Positions 19,677 through 30,754 of a stretch of 64,000 nt of DNA are shown here, in pieces. The notes below the pieces were generated by a model that saw nothing but the letters and a program-made list of their open reading frames with translations, ran no database searches and was not told where the DNA came from. Every line of letters begins with the position of its first letter. The first letter of the stretch is position 1. A program made the translations under genes and the position numbers. The stretch is taken from IMG/VR virus record IMGVR_UViG_3300042261_002385, positions 124,001-188,000 of that record. The stretch is one strand, 5' to 3'.

Positions 19677-22430
19677 TCACATAATATCGTTTACTTCAAT
19701 ATAATATCGTTCCTCAAGATTTGTTGAATTAGAAATTCTTGTTAATGTCAATTTTTTTCCTTTGTTTAAAGACAAATAAGGAATATTAGACAAAGTTGTT
19801 GAACCTGTGCCATGTATTTCATATGGAAGTGTCACAGAAGAACTAAAATCCACTAAGCTATTATTTGGACTAACATCAAATACCACATATGAAGAAGTTA
19901 TTCCAGTGACAGAAGCAACTTTATACTGACCAGAAAAGTCATACACAGAAGATGTTCCAACAAATAAATTATTCATTACGTAAGCATCTCCAACTTTTAG
20001 AGTATTTGATAAAATATTCACATCACCTTCAAAAGCTACTTCAAGTAGATTATCTTGTAGCAAGTTTATTGGTTTTGTGAAATCTATATCTAAGTTAGAT
20101 GATTTCCACAAATATGCTGAATTCTGAAGTCCTAAGTCTTTATTATAACTTACTGGTAAATCTATATCACCTAGTAACAAAGTTTCTGATGTTATTCCTG
20201 AAAAATTAGTTCTTATAAAGACATCTAATTTTTTATTTTCACTAGAAAACTGACTCGGAACAATATTCAAATCCATACTTTGTCTCAAATCTAAATCCTT
20301 ATCCATTACAAGTGTCAATCTTTGACCTTGGGGAAGCTCAAGTTCTACTTCATCATTATTTACAATTTGAATTAAAAATTTCTTGTTGAATGGAACATTC
20401 AATACCACAGGAACTGAGCCTTGAGCATTATACATTGAAGATGTATTTACAACTCTAATTTCACTGTATGTAGTATCTACTGTTTCTAGAGCTATTTGAG
20501 GAGGTGAACCAGGTATTAATCTTGACCTTACAGAAGTCGTGTCAGTAATCTGCATAGTGGAGTATAGCCTCAAAAGGTTCTCTAAATTCTGAATTTTACT
20601 ATTCAATACATTAATATCTGTTTGTGTATAAAGAAGAGTTTTTATGTTCTGAAGTTCTTCTTTGAATAAGAAATTATCAGCAATAATATTTACAAAGCTA
20701 TCATTGAAACTTGCTAATCTTTGCATAGCTTCATTGAATCTTATCATATTGAACTGAGAATTTATCGCCTCTGGATTATAAGCAGGAACTGTATTATCAT
20801 TAATAATGTTAAAATTTAATAATAAATTAAAAGCGTAAGATGTTCCGTCTTGTTGTTTTGTGTCGTTTGCCACTAATTTTTTATAAGTTGGAAATCTTAG
20901 ACTTGTCTCACCCTCTGTTTGGTTCTGATCCGGATGATTTAAAAACGATATACCATAAAGATTAGTAGCAGATGAGAAATTAGTTGTTCCATCTGCATTT
21001 GTAGTCTCTTTTTCTACTGTATAATACCAAAGAATTGCATTAAACTCAAAATCTTGAGGAACTTCCTCATTTACTGCTAATGAATTAAATTCATCAAATG
21101 TAGTTAAATTTCTACCTGTAACTGATTTTGGTGTATTCATTTTAGCATAGTGTCTGTAATCGAAATCAATGTTTAATCCATCTAAAGAAGATCCATCATA
21201 TACAGGAACACTTGTATCACCAGTAACACCAAAGTAATCTCCCGATCTTCTCTGTGAGTCACCTGTAGAAGTTTCATAAGTAAAATCATTTGTGTCAAAT
21301 TGTCCATAATATGAACCTGGATAATCTTGTGGATCCGAAACAATAGGTGAATTAAAAGTCTCAGCTCCCATTATTTCTGATTGATATTGTCTTGGTAAAA
21401 TAGGATATGTTAGATTCGGACCATAGTTATAATCAACCATAGTTCTAAATAAAATATCAGGAGTCTGGCCTGTATGATCTGGTATGTGAGCATAGACTTC
21501 AGTATAAGCTCTATTTGCTTCTTGAACGTTTGATAATCCATTTACTTCACCTATATACTGAATTAGCTTATTATAAACCAATTTAAATGTTCCAATTCTA
21601 TTTCCAGAATCATTAACGTTTGTTCCAAAACCTATGTCAAAAACAACAGTCTGACCAGCAGTTGGACCTGATGGAGCTATAACTTCTAAAACCTCTAAGT
21701 TTAATCCAGTTTCTGCTGTGTATCCATAATCATCTATTTCATTCAAAATCGAAACTATTTCAACACCTGATAGATTGACAATGTCACCAACTTTGAAATT
21801 TGTAAGTTCAGTATCTGGTCCTTCAAAATCTACTTCTAATAAGTTAGAAAATGGAGCAGGTAACCCACTTTGTTTAAAGTTAATACCATAATAAGACTTA
21901 GTAGTTCTTTCTTTCCAAAGTTGTTCTTTAAAAAAATCTGTTCCACCTTGTCCTAAAGAATTTGGAGAAAAGTCAGCTAAATCTCCAACGTATTCATTAT
22001 CTGGATCAGCAGGTTCAAAATCGATTAAGTTTAATTTTCTACACCATTTAAAAAAAATCTTTTCAGAGGTCGTTTCTAAAGACTCAGTTTTGTAGTTATA
22101 CTCATTTGAATTTAGACGACTCTCTCTTAAAACAACTTCATGATTGGCAACATAATTTCTTAAAGATTCTACTACTCCTTCAGCGAAGTTTGTAACTGGT
22201 GTTGCTATTCCACTTTTACTAAATGCGTTATCAAAATCCCAATAAAGAGGTTTTGAAATTGTTCCCGAAATTAAATTCTGTTTAGGAAAGTTTACTAAAA
22301 CATACTTTGAAAAGTACATTTTATAAAGTGGATTCTGATATGAAGCAGAAATATCTTCAGCTGCACTTGGAAATGCATAAAATGAAGTTCCATTAGGTTT
22401 TAGTGATTTATAAAGTGGTGTAGACGCCAT
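19677..22430 (-). CDS. Large putative baseplate/tail structural protein
   Basis: 917 aa; central coiled-coil (FKEELQNIK...IQNLENLL); late-type promoter 22456-22466. Confidence 0.5.
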   Translation of the reverse strand: MASTPLYKSLKPNGTSFYAFPSAAEDISASYQNPLYKMYFSKYVLVNFPKQNLISGTISKPLYWDFDNAFSKSGIATPVTNFAEGVVESLRNYVANHEVVLRESRLNSNEYNYKTESLETTSEKIFFKWCRKLNLIDFEPADPDNEYVGDLADFSPNSLGQGGTDFFKEQLWKERTTKSYYGINFKQSGLPAPFSNLLEVDFEGPDTELTNFKVGDIVNLSGVEIVSILNEIDDYGYTAETGLNLEVLEVIAPSGPTAGQTVVFDIGFGTNVNDSGNRIGTFKLVYNKLIQYIGEVNGLSNVQEANRAYTEVYAHIPDHTGQTPDILFRTMVDYNYGPNLTYPILPRQYQSEIMGAETFNSPIVSDPQDYPGSYYGQFDTNDFTYETSTGDSQRRSGDYFGVTGDTSVPVYDGSSLDGLNIDFDYRHYAKMNTPKSVTGRNLTTFDEFNSLAVNEEVPQDFEFNAILWYYTVEKETTNADGTTNFSSATNLYGISFLNHPDQNQTEGETSLRFPTYKKLVANDTKQQDGTSYAFNLLLNFNIINDNTVPAYNPEAINSQFNMIRFNEAMQRLASFNDSFVNIIADNFLFKEELQNIKTLLYTQTDINVLNSKIQNLENLLRLYSTMQITDTTSVRSRLIPGSPPQIALETVDTTYSEIRVVNTSSMYNAQGSVPVVLNVPFNKKFLIQIVNNDEVELELPQGQRLTLVMDKDLDLRQSMDLNIVPSQFSSENKKLDVFIRTNFSGITSETLLLGDIDLPVSYNKDLGLQNSAYLWKSSNLDIDFTKPINLLQDNLLEVAFEGDVNILSNTLKVGDAYVMNNLFVGTSSVYDFSGQYKVASVTGITSSYVVFDVSPNNSLVDFSSSVTLPYEIHGTGSTTLSNIPYLSLNKGKKLTLTRISNSTNLEERYYIEVNDIM

Positions 22431-22486
22431 TATAATAAGATTTTATTTTACAATCTATATATAAAGAAATCACGTTCTCTTTTTAA

Positions 22487-22906
22487 TTACTTAATCATTT
22501 TGACTATTTCGATAAAAGCCTTTTCTGTTCCTTTTATAACATATTCATACAAACCGAATGCATTATTTTTAGTTGGAACTTCATCGAAAAATTTAAGATT
22601 GTTTAAAATCTCATCTATATCATTTCTCCATTTTAGATAAAACTCATAAATATCAGCATCATTTATAAAACCTCTTACTTTAACATCTTTTGGATTCTTT
22701 GTATATGATTTCATAAATGAACTAAATTCACCACCTGACTCTTCAATTGTCTTTTCAATCATTGATTTAACTTCTTCAATAACCTCGGTGTATTTTGAAG
22801 AATCAGACGCATCAGTTTCTTCCGCGGTGGCTTGGCTTTCCTCTGGAACTTGAGCTTCGGTCTCATCCGCTTCTGTTAAAAATTGAACGTATTTTCTAAG
22901 TTTCAT
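22487..22906 (-). CDS. Putative internal head protein (CTS-like)
   Basis: Starts MKLRKYVQFLTEADE; ATTAATATATA at 22911-22921. Confidence 0.6.
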   Translation of the reverse strand: MKLRKYVQFLTEADETEAQVPEESQATAEETDASDSSKYTEVIEEVKSMIEKTIEESGGEFSSFMKSYTKNPKDVKVRGFINDADIYEFYLKWRNDIDEILNNLKFFDEVPTKNNAFGLYEYVIKGTEKAFIEIVKMIK

Positions 22907-22934
22907 ATGTTATATATTAATTTATGAAATTAAA

Positions 22935-25900
22935 TTACATCCAAGTTGCTTCAAATACACCATTATACCAGATTCCACCTTCCCACAATCCTTTTTTGTA
23001 AATACCATTTGTCCAGATACCTGACTTCCAATTACAATCAGAAAACTTACTGACTACTCTAAGATTTAAGTCAACTGGTGGTGCTTGAACAATCGAAAAA
23101 GCAGTGGCTACATATACTTTCGTCCACTTATTAACTACATCTTCCTCTCTATAAAGAACTTTATAAGTTTTAGGAGAAGTATTTCTTCCGAATGTTGCGC
23201 TAATTGGAGAATTAGAGTTGTTATCGATAATAGTAAGTTCATCACCAGTATTAAATTTAAATATTCCGTTCAAAGTCAAATAGTAAGCACCGATTCCATC
23301 ATTACCATAACCAATCATCTGTATATCCTCTAAAATACCACCATGCCAAGTTCCGGTTTTCCAATTCATATTGTAGGCGACTCCACCATAGAAGTCACCA
23401 TCAAACCAGTTACCAGTATACCAAATTGAATATTTATGAACATCTGATACATCTTCTTCACCTCTATCATTTATGTTTAATCGTGAATGAAATTCACCAT
23501 TCAACCAGTTACCACTATGCCAAATTGATGTTCTACTGTTAAACGAATTGACTCCAAATCTTGATTTTTTTCCTTCTCTTTGATTCCAAGTTCCATCATA
23601 CCAAATTCCATTTTCAAAATCACCAGCATACCAATTACCATCTAACCAGAATGATGGTTCATTATCTGTATTGAAAACACCGTCATTCCAGTCACCTAGA
23701 ACCCAGATTCCACCTCCAAACCTACCTTGGTCCCAAGTTCCATCATTCCAGATACCTCTATACCAAGTTCCATTCTTCCAATTTCCACCATACCAACGAC
23801 CATCAACCCAAATTCCTTGATTCCATGTTCCATCAAACCATCGACCATTATACCATATAGATGCTGATGGTGATGGCACACTTCCATATCTTATTTCACT
23901 TACCCTATCTTCTATATCTTTAGAATCCCATACTCCACTATACCAGTCACCAGATATCCACTGACCACTAATCCACTTACCACCAAACCATCGACCGCTT
24001 TCCCAGACACCTTTATACCAAATTATATCATTGTCGACTCCAATTACAGCTTCAGATATTTCAGCCTCAAGTATCCAAGAGAATTTTTGATAAATTTGAT
24101 TCAAATCAAGACCATCAATTAGTCTAAATCTATATCTTGAAAAGTCAACATTTGTTAGTGCATAAGTTTTGTTTGTCAGTATTTGATTATCAACACTTAA
24201 TTCTATTGATTTTTTTCCCATTTTATTGACACTTACATCAATTAAGTCAACTGGACTAAATTCGAAAAATGGATCTTGTCTTGAATATTTAACAAAACCC
24301 GTATCATTTCCAGACAATGGAACATTTCCATATGGGAAGTCTATATAGAAATTAAACTCATTTACGACTATCACTGGATGATAACCAAAATAATTTTGAT
24401 TAATTTCTTGAGAAGAAGCAGTTCCTCCATTAAACTCTAAAACAACACTATCATTTGTCTTTAGACCGTGTTTTTCAGAACAAAATATAAATAGATTACC
24501 TAAATAATTAGCAGTATTTTTTATCGGAACTGTAACTTGCTCTTCAAGATTCAAAATGTTCATAGACATTTCATTTTTGTAGTCAATATACATTATTGCA
24601 GATAGAGCTTGAAATGTCTCAGCATCAGACAACAATATCTTAGCGTAAGAATCTGTAGGTATTTTAAAGTTTAATTCTCTTTCATAATTGTAGTATTCAT
24701 TACCTGGAGGATAAACTATTTCTCTTCTCTGAAAAGCGCCCTTTTGAATATTATTTAATTCTTGTAAATCATCACTAATTTGTTTTAGTTTTCTTCTAGA
24801 AACTATATCTATGAAGTAATGAAAATCACCAATAGTATAATTTATATTTTTGTGAAACTCTATTATATACAATTCATCAGCAGAGTCATAATATTTATTC
24901 AAAACCAATAATCTTTCAGTTGTTGAACTTGGATTTCCTGCGACGTAAGGTGTGGAATTCCACAAATGGATATCAACAAATGTATTTATGAAAATTGATT
25001 GCCATTCTAAAACTAAATCCTTACCAAACTTTAAAGTATTTGAAGTTTTTTGTATTGGTGAAGTATAATTTGAATATGTGATTCCATTACTAGCTAAGTA
25101 TACAACAGAGTTTGTAGCAATACCTACACCATTACCAGACATTGGAATACCTCTAAAATCAGGCATCGCGAAATATTCTTTGTCTGCTGTAAATTTCGGA
25201 TTAGGATTACCTACGTCATTTAGACCTTCTAAGTAACTTAAAATATTATAAGTTGGTGTGTATTTAAAATCTAAGAATCCTTCTGTATAAGACATTGTAA
25301 ATTGGTTACCGGTCAAATACACGTTAGTTGCTAAGTTATAATATGCAGTGTAGTTATTAAATTTTGGAGATAAATTCAATATTCTATTATTTGAATAAGT
25401 GATTCCATAATTTCCAATTTCGACATCTAAAAAACTCTCGGTGTAAAGACTAATATCTTGAATTGATATCCACATATATCCAGTTCCTAACGGATCTCTT
25501 TCTGCCACCGTAAAGTCAAATTTAAACTGTGAGAATGAACCATTCAAAGTCAAATCTATATGAGTAGGAGTTGAACTAAGTGAATAAGGTATGCTATATG
25601 TTGCTAACTCTATCCAGGAAGAAGCTGATAAACCCTGAACACTAATACTTGAATATGTTCCTGTCGTTGCGTAAGTTCCTGATTGATAGTCATATGAAAA
25701 AGATACATTAGTGACGCCACTCATTGTAGGACTTATTATAGAAGCTGTTTGAGCTCCTGAACCAGAAGATGGTGAAATTTCAAGTGAGTTAGTTGATGAA
25801 GTCGTAAAACCAGTTACATTAAAAGTAGCAGCATGTGTCAAGCCTTGAACTAACCAATTTGAATAAGTAGCTCCTGTTTGTGGGTAAAGATTTACAGCTG

Positions 25901-28622
25901 TAATTTCATCAACATAGTTAGATTGAATTGCATAAGCTAGCGAAATAGGATGTGAATTAAATCTATTTTCAAATTCATCAACATCAGTATAAACGTTCAA
26001 ATTTACAATTGAAGCGGTGTAACCTTTCATATTGGTTATGATTGTGTCATTGAATTCAGTAAACATATAAATGAATTTACCGGATGCTAAAACGACTATT
26101 TTGTTTACAGTAAAATTACCATTTACATATGATGAAGATAATTTCATAGTATCTCCTACTTTTACTGGATATCCAAAATCAGTAGTTTTAAATATCATTA
26201 AATATTTGTAAATATAAAGTTCATCATTTGTTAGTGGATCACTAATCGCGGTAAGACCCATCGCGTTGTATCTTGATAGGAAATGATTATAAGTCGCTCC
26301 AAAAGTATCAGTTATCGTCGGAGCTAAAGGTTGTATTATTGAAGCCGTATTTGTAATTCTAGTAATTAAAGTCTCAGATTGAGTTGGTGAATATGAAAAA
26401 GTAGGTGAAATTAAAACCATAGACGATTGGTCTAAAGGATTACTACTATTATAATACTCAAATGTTTTTTGATTATCTGTCCAGTATGTCCACCAGTTTG
26501 TTTCACTTTGAGTCAAATAATCTGGAAAATCAGCAGGATATGTTATTGTTTCAAAATATAAATTACTGTTATTTGAAAATGATTTACCTCTTAAATTTAT
26601 TTCGTTTGGTAATCTATAGTCGCCAAAATCAGTAAAGAAATTAAGTTTAGAAGCAGCGTCATAGTCTAAAAATAAAAATTTAGATTTCAATCTGTTTTCA
26701 AAAGAATCATCTAATTTTATAAAATCTCCTGACGAATAAGTAGCATATCTATAAAGAGATTCATTACCACATATCATCAACTCTGTTCCATTGTAGTCAA
26801 AAATTTCATTTGGAAAATACGTTGTCAATATCGATGGATTAGAAGAGGTTATAGATATTGTGTTAGAGTATGAATTACCATATCCTATTGTTGGAAAGTT
26901 ATTTATATTGAAAGTGAAAATTCCGGTTTCGGATGATGACATTTTCATACCAGTATAGATGAAATTATCAGTTGTTCCTTTTCTTGTAATATTAAGTATA
27001 TCACCAAAATCTTCACCTAAGTCAAGATATAAAAAATCGAACAGACCATTTGACTTATTTACATCATAAACAATTATTTTACTATCATCCGTAGTTATAA
27101 ATACTAATTCTTTATTGGCTGGTATAGATTGTGTAAAATATTGAAAGCTTAAATTCCAAGTGCTTGTATTAGTATAATATAAATCATTTATATTATCTAA
27201 TAATAAATAATCGTCATCATCATCAATAATTTGTGATATTCTTCTTCTGTAGGCGGTCCATCCAGCTATTGTTTCTTTGAATTCAATAAAAACACCATTT
27301 CTACCACCAATTATAAAGTTGTTGTTTTGATTAAAAATAACTTTGTTATAATAGAACGTATCAAAATCTCTAATTCTTAATCTTCTCCAGTTATTACCAC
27401 TATCATCTGTCAAATAGATAGAGTTCAAATCACCAACTACCACACCTCTTAAATCACTATAGAAAGATATAGAACGTAGGTTTATCGAATATTTATTGTC
27501 TAAATCTAAATTATATTTCTGAATCTGAAAATCATGTTTTCTTATTCTTAGTAATATACCAGTATCTCCACATATCCAGTAATATTTAGAAGTCTGTGAA
27601 ATACTTCTTAAGTTAAGTTTGTATTTGTTAGAAATCAAATTTGAGACGCCATTTTGATGACAAATTATTGTTCCAAATTCACCAATTGTTATAGTTCTTT
27701 CAGGAATGGAGTATGTTATTCCATCAAGTGCATAAGACTGAGTGCCGTGTTTAATGATATCATAATGATTTATTTCAAATAGGTTATTATAATTAACTTT
27801 ATTTCTTAGCATCCAGTTTTTGTTTTGAACAAACTCAAATGGATCGCCAAAGTCAATAGGATAATATCCTTTTCTTAATCTTTGTAGATGAAATTGTCTT
27901 CCCGCATTTACATTACCCAGTTTTACATAAACACTGTATCTGACACAGTTCTGATAGTTTTGAAAAATAGTGCTTCTCACTAAGAAACGATTCTCAACGG
28001 TGTATATTCCATTCTGTTCATCTAAATACTCATACTCAATAGTTGAACCCAAATTTCTAAGTATTGTATATTCACCTTTGAAATATACCTCAGGGTCTAT
28101 TGTATTGGCTAAAACAATTCTTGTTTTTTGGTCTTTAAGTAGAATTCTGTGCCCCTCTAAAACTAAAACACCGTCAATAGTAAAGTTATCTTCAAGTCTT
28201 GAATCCAAGTCTGTAATTTCAATAGTAGATGCAATATCAACTTGATTATAATTTTTTATTGAATCATCAATCAATCTTCTTGGTGTAAATAAAGTTTTTA
28301 ATGAAAGTCCATATTCACCTAAATACTTGTCATAATATTCTACTGAAGTTGTCGCATTTATTGGCTCTGCGTTAAATGCCGGTATTAAAGTGTTTGTATA
28401 TTGAGAACCATCAATGCTGATATACCAAGATCTTGGAGTGTGAGCTCCTAAGACATCATAAATGTTATTAAAATTATTTATTGGTAGATAAGTTGCACCA
28501 CTTAGTGCTTTTGAATAAAATCTTACTAAAGATAACTCCTGTAAATAAAATTGATAGTCATCATCTATCAAGTTATCACTAGACATATTCCATCTATTAT
28601 ACTCTGAGTTATATTCCCACAT
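22935..28622 (-). CDS. Very large virion protein with beta-propeller-like and W-x-x-G-x pentapeptide repeat regions
   Basis: 1895 aa; TIGEFGTII / ICGDTGILL / VVGDLNSIYLTDDSGNNW (BNR/Ycf48-like propeller); C-terminal WYNGRWFDGTWNQGIW... repeats. Confidence 0.65.
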   Translation of the reverse strand: MWEYNSEYNRWNMSSDNLIDDDYQFYLQELSLVRFYSKALSGATYLPINNFNNIYDVLGAHTPRSWYISIDGSQYTNTLIPAFNAEPINATTSVEYYDKYLGEYGLSLKTLFTPRRLIDDSIKNYNQVDIASTIEITDLDSRLEDNFTIDGVLVLEGHRILLKDQKTRIVLANTIDPEVYFKGEYTILRNLGSTIEYEYLDEQNGIYTVENRFLVRSTIFQNYQNCVRYSVYVKLGNVNAGRQFHLQRLRKGYYPIDFGDPFEFVQNKNWMLRNKVNYNNLFEINHYDIIKHGTQSYALDGITYSIPERTITIGEFGTIICHQNGVSNLISNKYKLNLRSISQTSKYYWICGDTGILLRIRKHDFQIQKYNLDLDNKYSINLRSISFYSDLRGVVVGDLNSIYLTDDSGNNWRRLRIRDFDTFYYNKVIFNQNNNFIIGGRNGVFIEFKETIAGWTAYRRRISQIIDDDDDYLLLDNINDLYYTNTSTWNLSFQYFTQSIPANKELVFITTDDSKIIVYDVNKSNGLFDFLYLDLGEDFGDILNITRKGTTDNFIYTGMKMSSSETGIFTFNINNFPTIGYGNSYSNTISITSSNPSILTTYFPNEIFDYNGTELMICGNESLYRYATYSSGDFIKLDDSFENRLKSKFLFLDYDAASKLNFFTDFGDYRLPNEINLRGKSFSNNSNLYFETITYPADFPDYLTQSETNWWTYWTDNQKTFEYYNSSNPLDQSSMVLISPTFSYSPTQSETLITRITNTASIIQPLAPTITDTFGATYNHFLSRYNAMGLTAISDPLTNDELYIYKYLMIFKTTDFGYPVKVGDTMKLSSSYVNGNFTVNKIVVLASGKFIYMFTEFNDTIITNMKGYTASIVNLNVYTDVDEFENRFNSHPISLAYAIQSNYVDEITAVNLYPQTGATYSNWLVQGLTHAATFNVTGFTTSSTNSLEISPSSGSGAQTASIISPTMSGVTNVSFSYDYQSGTYATTGTYSSISVQGLSASSWIELATYSIPYSLSSTPTHIDLTLNGSFSQFKFDFTVAERDPLGTGYMWISIQDISLYTESFLDVEIGNYGITYSNNRILNLSPKFNNYTAYYNLATNVYLTGNQFTMSYTEGFLDFKYTPTYNILSYLEGLNDVGNPNPKFTADKEYFAMPDFRGIPMSGNGVGIATNSVVYLASNGITYSNYTSPIQKTSNTLKFGKDLVLEWQSIFINTFVDIHLWNSTPYVAGNPSSTTERLLVLNKYYDSADELYIIEFHKNINYTIGDFHYFIDIVSRRKLKQISDDLQELNNIQKGAFQRREIVYPPGNEYYNYERELNFKIPTDSYAKILLSDAETFQALSAIMYIDYKNEMSMNILNLEEQVTVPIKNTANYLGNLFIFCSEKHGLKTNDSVVLEFNGGTASSQEINQNYFGYHPVIVVNEFNFYIDFPYGNVPLSGNDTGFVKYSRQDPFFEFSPVDLIDVSVNKMGKKSIELSVDNQILTNKTYALTNVDFSRYRFRLIDGLDLNQIYQKFSWILEAEISEAVIGVDNDIIWYKGVWESGRWFGGKWISGQWISGDWYSGVWDSKDIEDRVSEIRYGSVPSPSASIWYNGRWFDGTWNQGIWVDGRWYGGNWKNGTWYRGIWNDGTWDQGRFGGGIWVLGDWNDGVFNTDNEPSFWLDGNWYAGDFENGIWYDGTWNQREGKKSRFGVNSFNSRTSIWHSGNWLNGEFHSRLNINDRGEEDVSDVHKYSIWYTGNWFDGDFYGGVAYNMNWKTGTWHGGILEDIQMIGYGNDGIGAYYLTLNGIFKFNTGDELTIIDNNSNSPISATFGRNTSPKTYKVLYREEDVVNKWTKVYVATAFSIVQAPPVDLNLRVVSKFSDCNWKSGIWTNGIYKKGLWEGGIWYNGVFEATWM

Positions 28623-28624
28623 AT

Positions 28625-28855
28625 TTACTTTTTAACTTTTAAAGTCCAAATGGCTGTTTTACTATCAACAGTTACCACAGATTTTAATACTTTAACTTTT
28701 GATTTTTTAAGTATAATTTTCATTTCCTCTATGAAGTCGTCATATTGATAAATATCTTCAACGTATTCAGCAATGTCAATTTTAAACTCAAATTTTTCTG
28801 AAAAAATTAAGTCATAAATTAATTCCTCTTTATTTCCCACGTTGGAAGCTACCAT
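28625..28855 (-). CDS. Small hypothetical protein (start revised to 28855)
   Basis: MVASNVGNKEELIY...; TTTAATATATA at 28864-28874 lies inside the longer ORF call, favouring the downstream ATG. Confidence 0.55.
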   Translation of the reverse strand: MVASNVGNKEELIYDLIFSEKFEFKIDIAEYVEDIYQYDDFIEEMKIILKKSKVKVLKSVVTVDSKTAIWTLKVKK

Positions 28856-28932
28856 TTTCAGTTTATATATTAAAACTTTGAAGTTCTTAATCAAATATAA
28901 TTGGGTAAACAAAAACTAATGATATATAAATT

Positions 28933-29019
28933 ATGAAACTAATCAACTTTTTTCTAAAACCATTTGATGCTATAATGAGATGGAAAATTAAAAAACAATT
29001 AAAAGTGTATAAAAAATAA
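28933..29019 (+). CDS. Possible 28-aa cationic peptide (not in ORF track)
   Basis: MKLINFFLKPFDAIMRWKIKKQLKVYKK*, a few nt after a TGATATATA promoter variant, directly before phoH. Confidence 0.3.
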   Translation: MKLINFFLKPFDAIMRWKIKKQLKVYKK

Positions 29020-29028
29020 TCTTTTTTT

Positions 29029-29784
29029 ATGAGTAAATCTAAGTCCGAATTAAATCGTGAAATCCAAGAAGGAGTAAACGACTATGAGTATAAAAAAAAT
29101 ATTCGAAAGAAAAATTCTCTAACTAAAGAAGAATTTCAAAAAAATGGAGTTAGATTGTCTGATAAACAAAATGACTTATACAAAGGAATCAGAAATAACA
29201 TTTTGACTGTTGTGCATGGACCAGCTGGAACAGCAAAAACTTTTGTGACTTGTTATACTGCTCTCGCGTTACTTGCAGACAAAAAAATTGAAAAAATAAT
29301 TATTACAAAACCTATACAAGAAAGTGGCGAAAACTTAGGATTTCTACCAGGATCATTAGAAGATAAATTACATCCATACAAACAATCCTACTACACTACA
29401 TTTTGTAAAATTATAGGTAAAGTTACAACTGACTTTTTGTTTTCTACTGAAGAAATAATTTTTGAACCATTAGCTTATATGAGAGGTTCAACTTACGACA
29501 ACTGTATTATGTTATTAGACGAGTGTCAAAACGCATCAATCAAACAATTGATGTTATGGATAACCAGATTAGGAACAGATTCACGAGCCGTAATGATGGG
29601 TGATACTTCACAATATGATGTAAGAAAAAAAGATTCAGGATACAACGACTTCATCAAAATGGTTGATGGGATGGTTGACCTAAATCTTTTTGAATTTACG
29701 AATGAAGATATAGTTAGAAATAAGTTTCTTATTGAGATCGCTAACAGATACGATAAATATCGAAGTGAGCAGAAGGATTTTTAA
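29029..29784 (+). CDS. phoH: PhoH-family ATPase
   Basis: GPAGTAKT Walker A, PLAYMRGSTY, LLDECQN, GDTSQYD, IVRN. Confidence 0.92.
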   Translation: MSKSKSELNREIQEGVNDYEYKKNIRKKNSLTKEEFQKNGVRLSDKQNDLYKGIRNNILTVVHGPAGTAKTFVTCYTALALLADKKIEKIIITKPIQESGENLGFLPGSLEDKLHPYKQSYYTTFCKIIGKVTTDFLFSTEEIIFEPLAYMRGSTYDNCIMLLDECQNASIKQLMLWITRLGTDSRAVMMGDTSQYDVRKKDSGYNDFIKMVDGMVDLNLFEFTNEDIVRNKFLIEIANRYDKYRSEQKDF

Positions 29785-30737
29785 TCTTCTTCTTCATCAT
29801 AATATTCTTCAGTATCTTCTTCTCTTTGAACACGTCCGCTGCTTTGAATTAAAACATAATCAAAGTTATAGTTTTGAGAGTTTGAAAATCTTCCCTTATA
29901 AGTATCATAGAATTTGAAGGTGTCTAAATAAGGATAATAACTTAGATTATGGTTTTCTAAAATAACATAGAGATGTCTTCTCTCGGGATTCCCATCAATA
30001 TCTACATAAAGTTCAGACTTTGCGTTTTGTTCCCATTTTGTAAGATAACCATTATCTTTTGCCCACTTTTTAAAAATATCTACATCGTGATCGTAGACAG
30101 TGTAGATACGGTCCATAAATTTATAAACATTGTCTGAATTAAATTCTTTTATTTCATCCCACAAAAGAGCTCTAGCTCTGACTTGTCCATCATCAGTCAG
30201 TAGGACTAACATTTTGACTGGATTTACAGCGTATAGAGTCATGAATTTATTTCTATCGGGTTGTCTCATACAAGAATTCCAAAGAGAACCGTATCGACAA
30301 CCATCTGGTCTAAAATAATTATCTTCTAAATAGTATTTTTTTATATCTTCACCTTCAACAACGATAAGTTTTTTTGGATCGTAGTTGAAATATGATTTGT
30401 AGTAGTTAACAAACTTCTCTACATCAGAGTCAGCAATTCCGAATTCATTAAATGCTTCTTTAGACAAAAATCGTTTTATAAAACGACCAACTTTAATTTT
30501 AGTTCTACCCACACCATCACCAAAAGGATCTTTTCCTTCATCATTTTTGATGATGTCGTATTTAGATTTAGGCAGATAAGAAAGAGTATCAATTTCATCA
30601 TCTTCTCTTTTAACAAAGTTTCCTTCTTCTTTTATCAATCCACTCATGCCGTGAATTAAAATTTGAGAGATTCTAAAATGTGTGCTTCTATCTAAGAAGT
30701 TCATCATTTCATGGTCAAAAATAAGTCGATTATACAT
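29781..30737 (-). CDS. Conserved phage hypothetical protein
   Basis: GSLWNSCMR, RARALLWD, FMDRIYT, YYPYLDTF pattern recognised from large-phage hypothetical proteins; function unknown. Confidence 0.55.
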   Translation of the reverse strand: MYNRLIFDHEMMNFLDRSTHFRISQILIHGMSGLIKEEGNFVKREDDEIDTLSYLPKSKYDIIKNDEGKDPFGDGVGRTKIKVGRFIKRFLSKEAFNEFGIADSDVEKFVNYYKSYFNYDPKKLIVVEGEDIKKYYLEDNYFRPDGCRYGSLWNSCMRQPDRNKFMTLYAVNPVKMLVLLTDDGQVRARALLWDEIKEFNSDNVYKFMDRIYTVYDHDVDIFKKWAKDNGYLTKWEQNAKSELYVDIDGNPERRHLYVILENHNLSYYPYLDTFKFYDTYKGRFSNSQNYNFDYVLIQSSGRVQREEDTEEYYDEEED

Positions 30738-30754
30738 TTTAATATATAGTTTAT

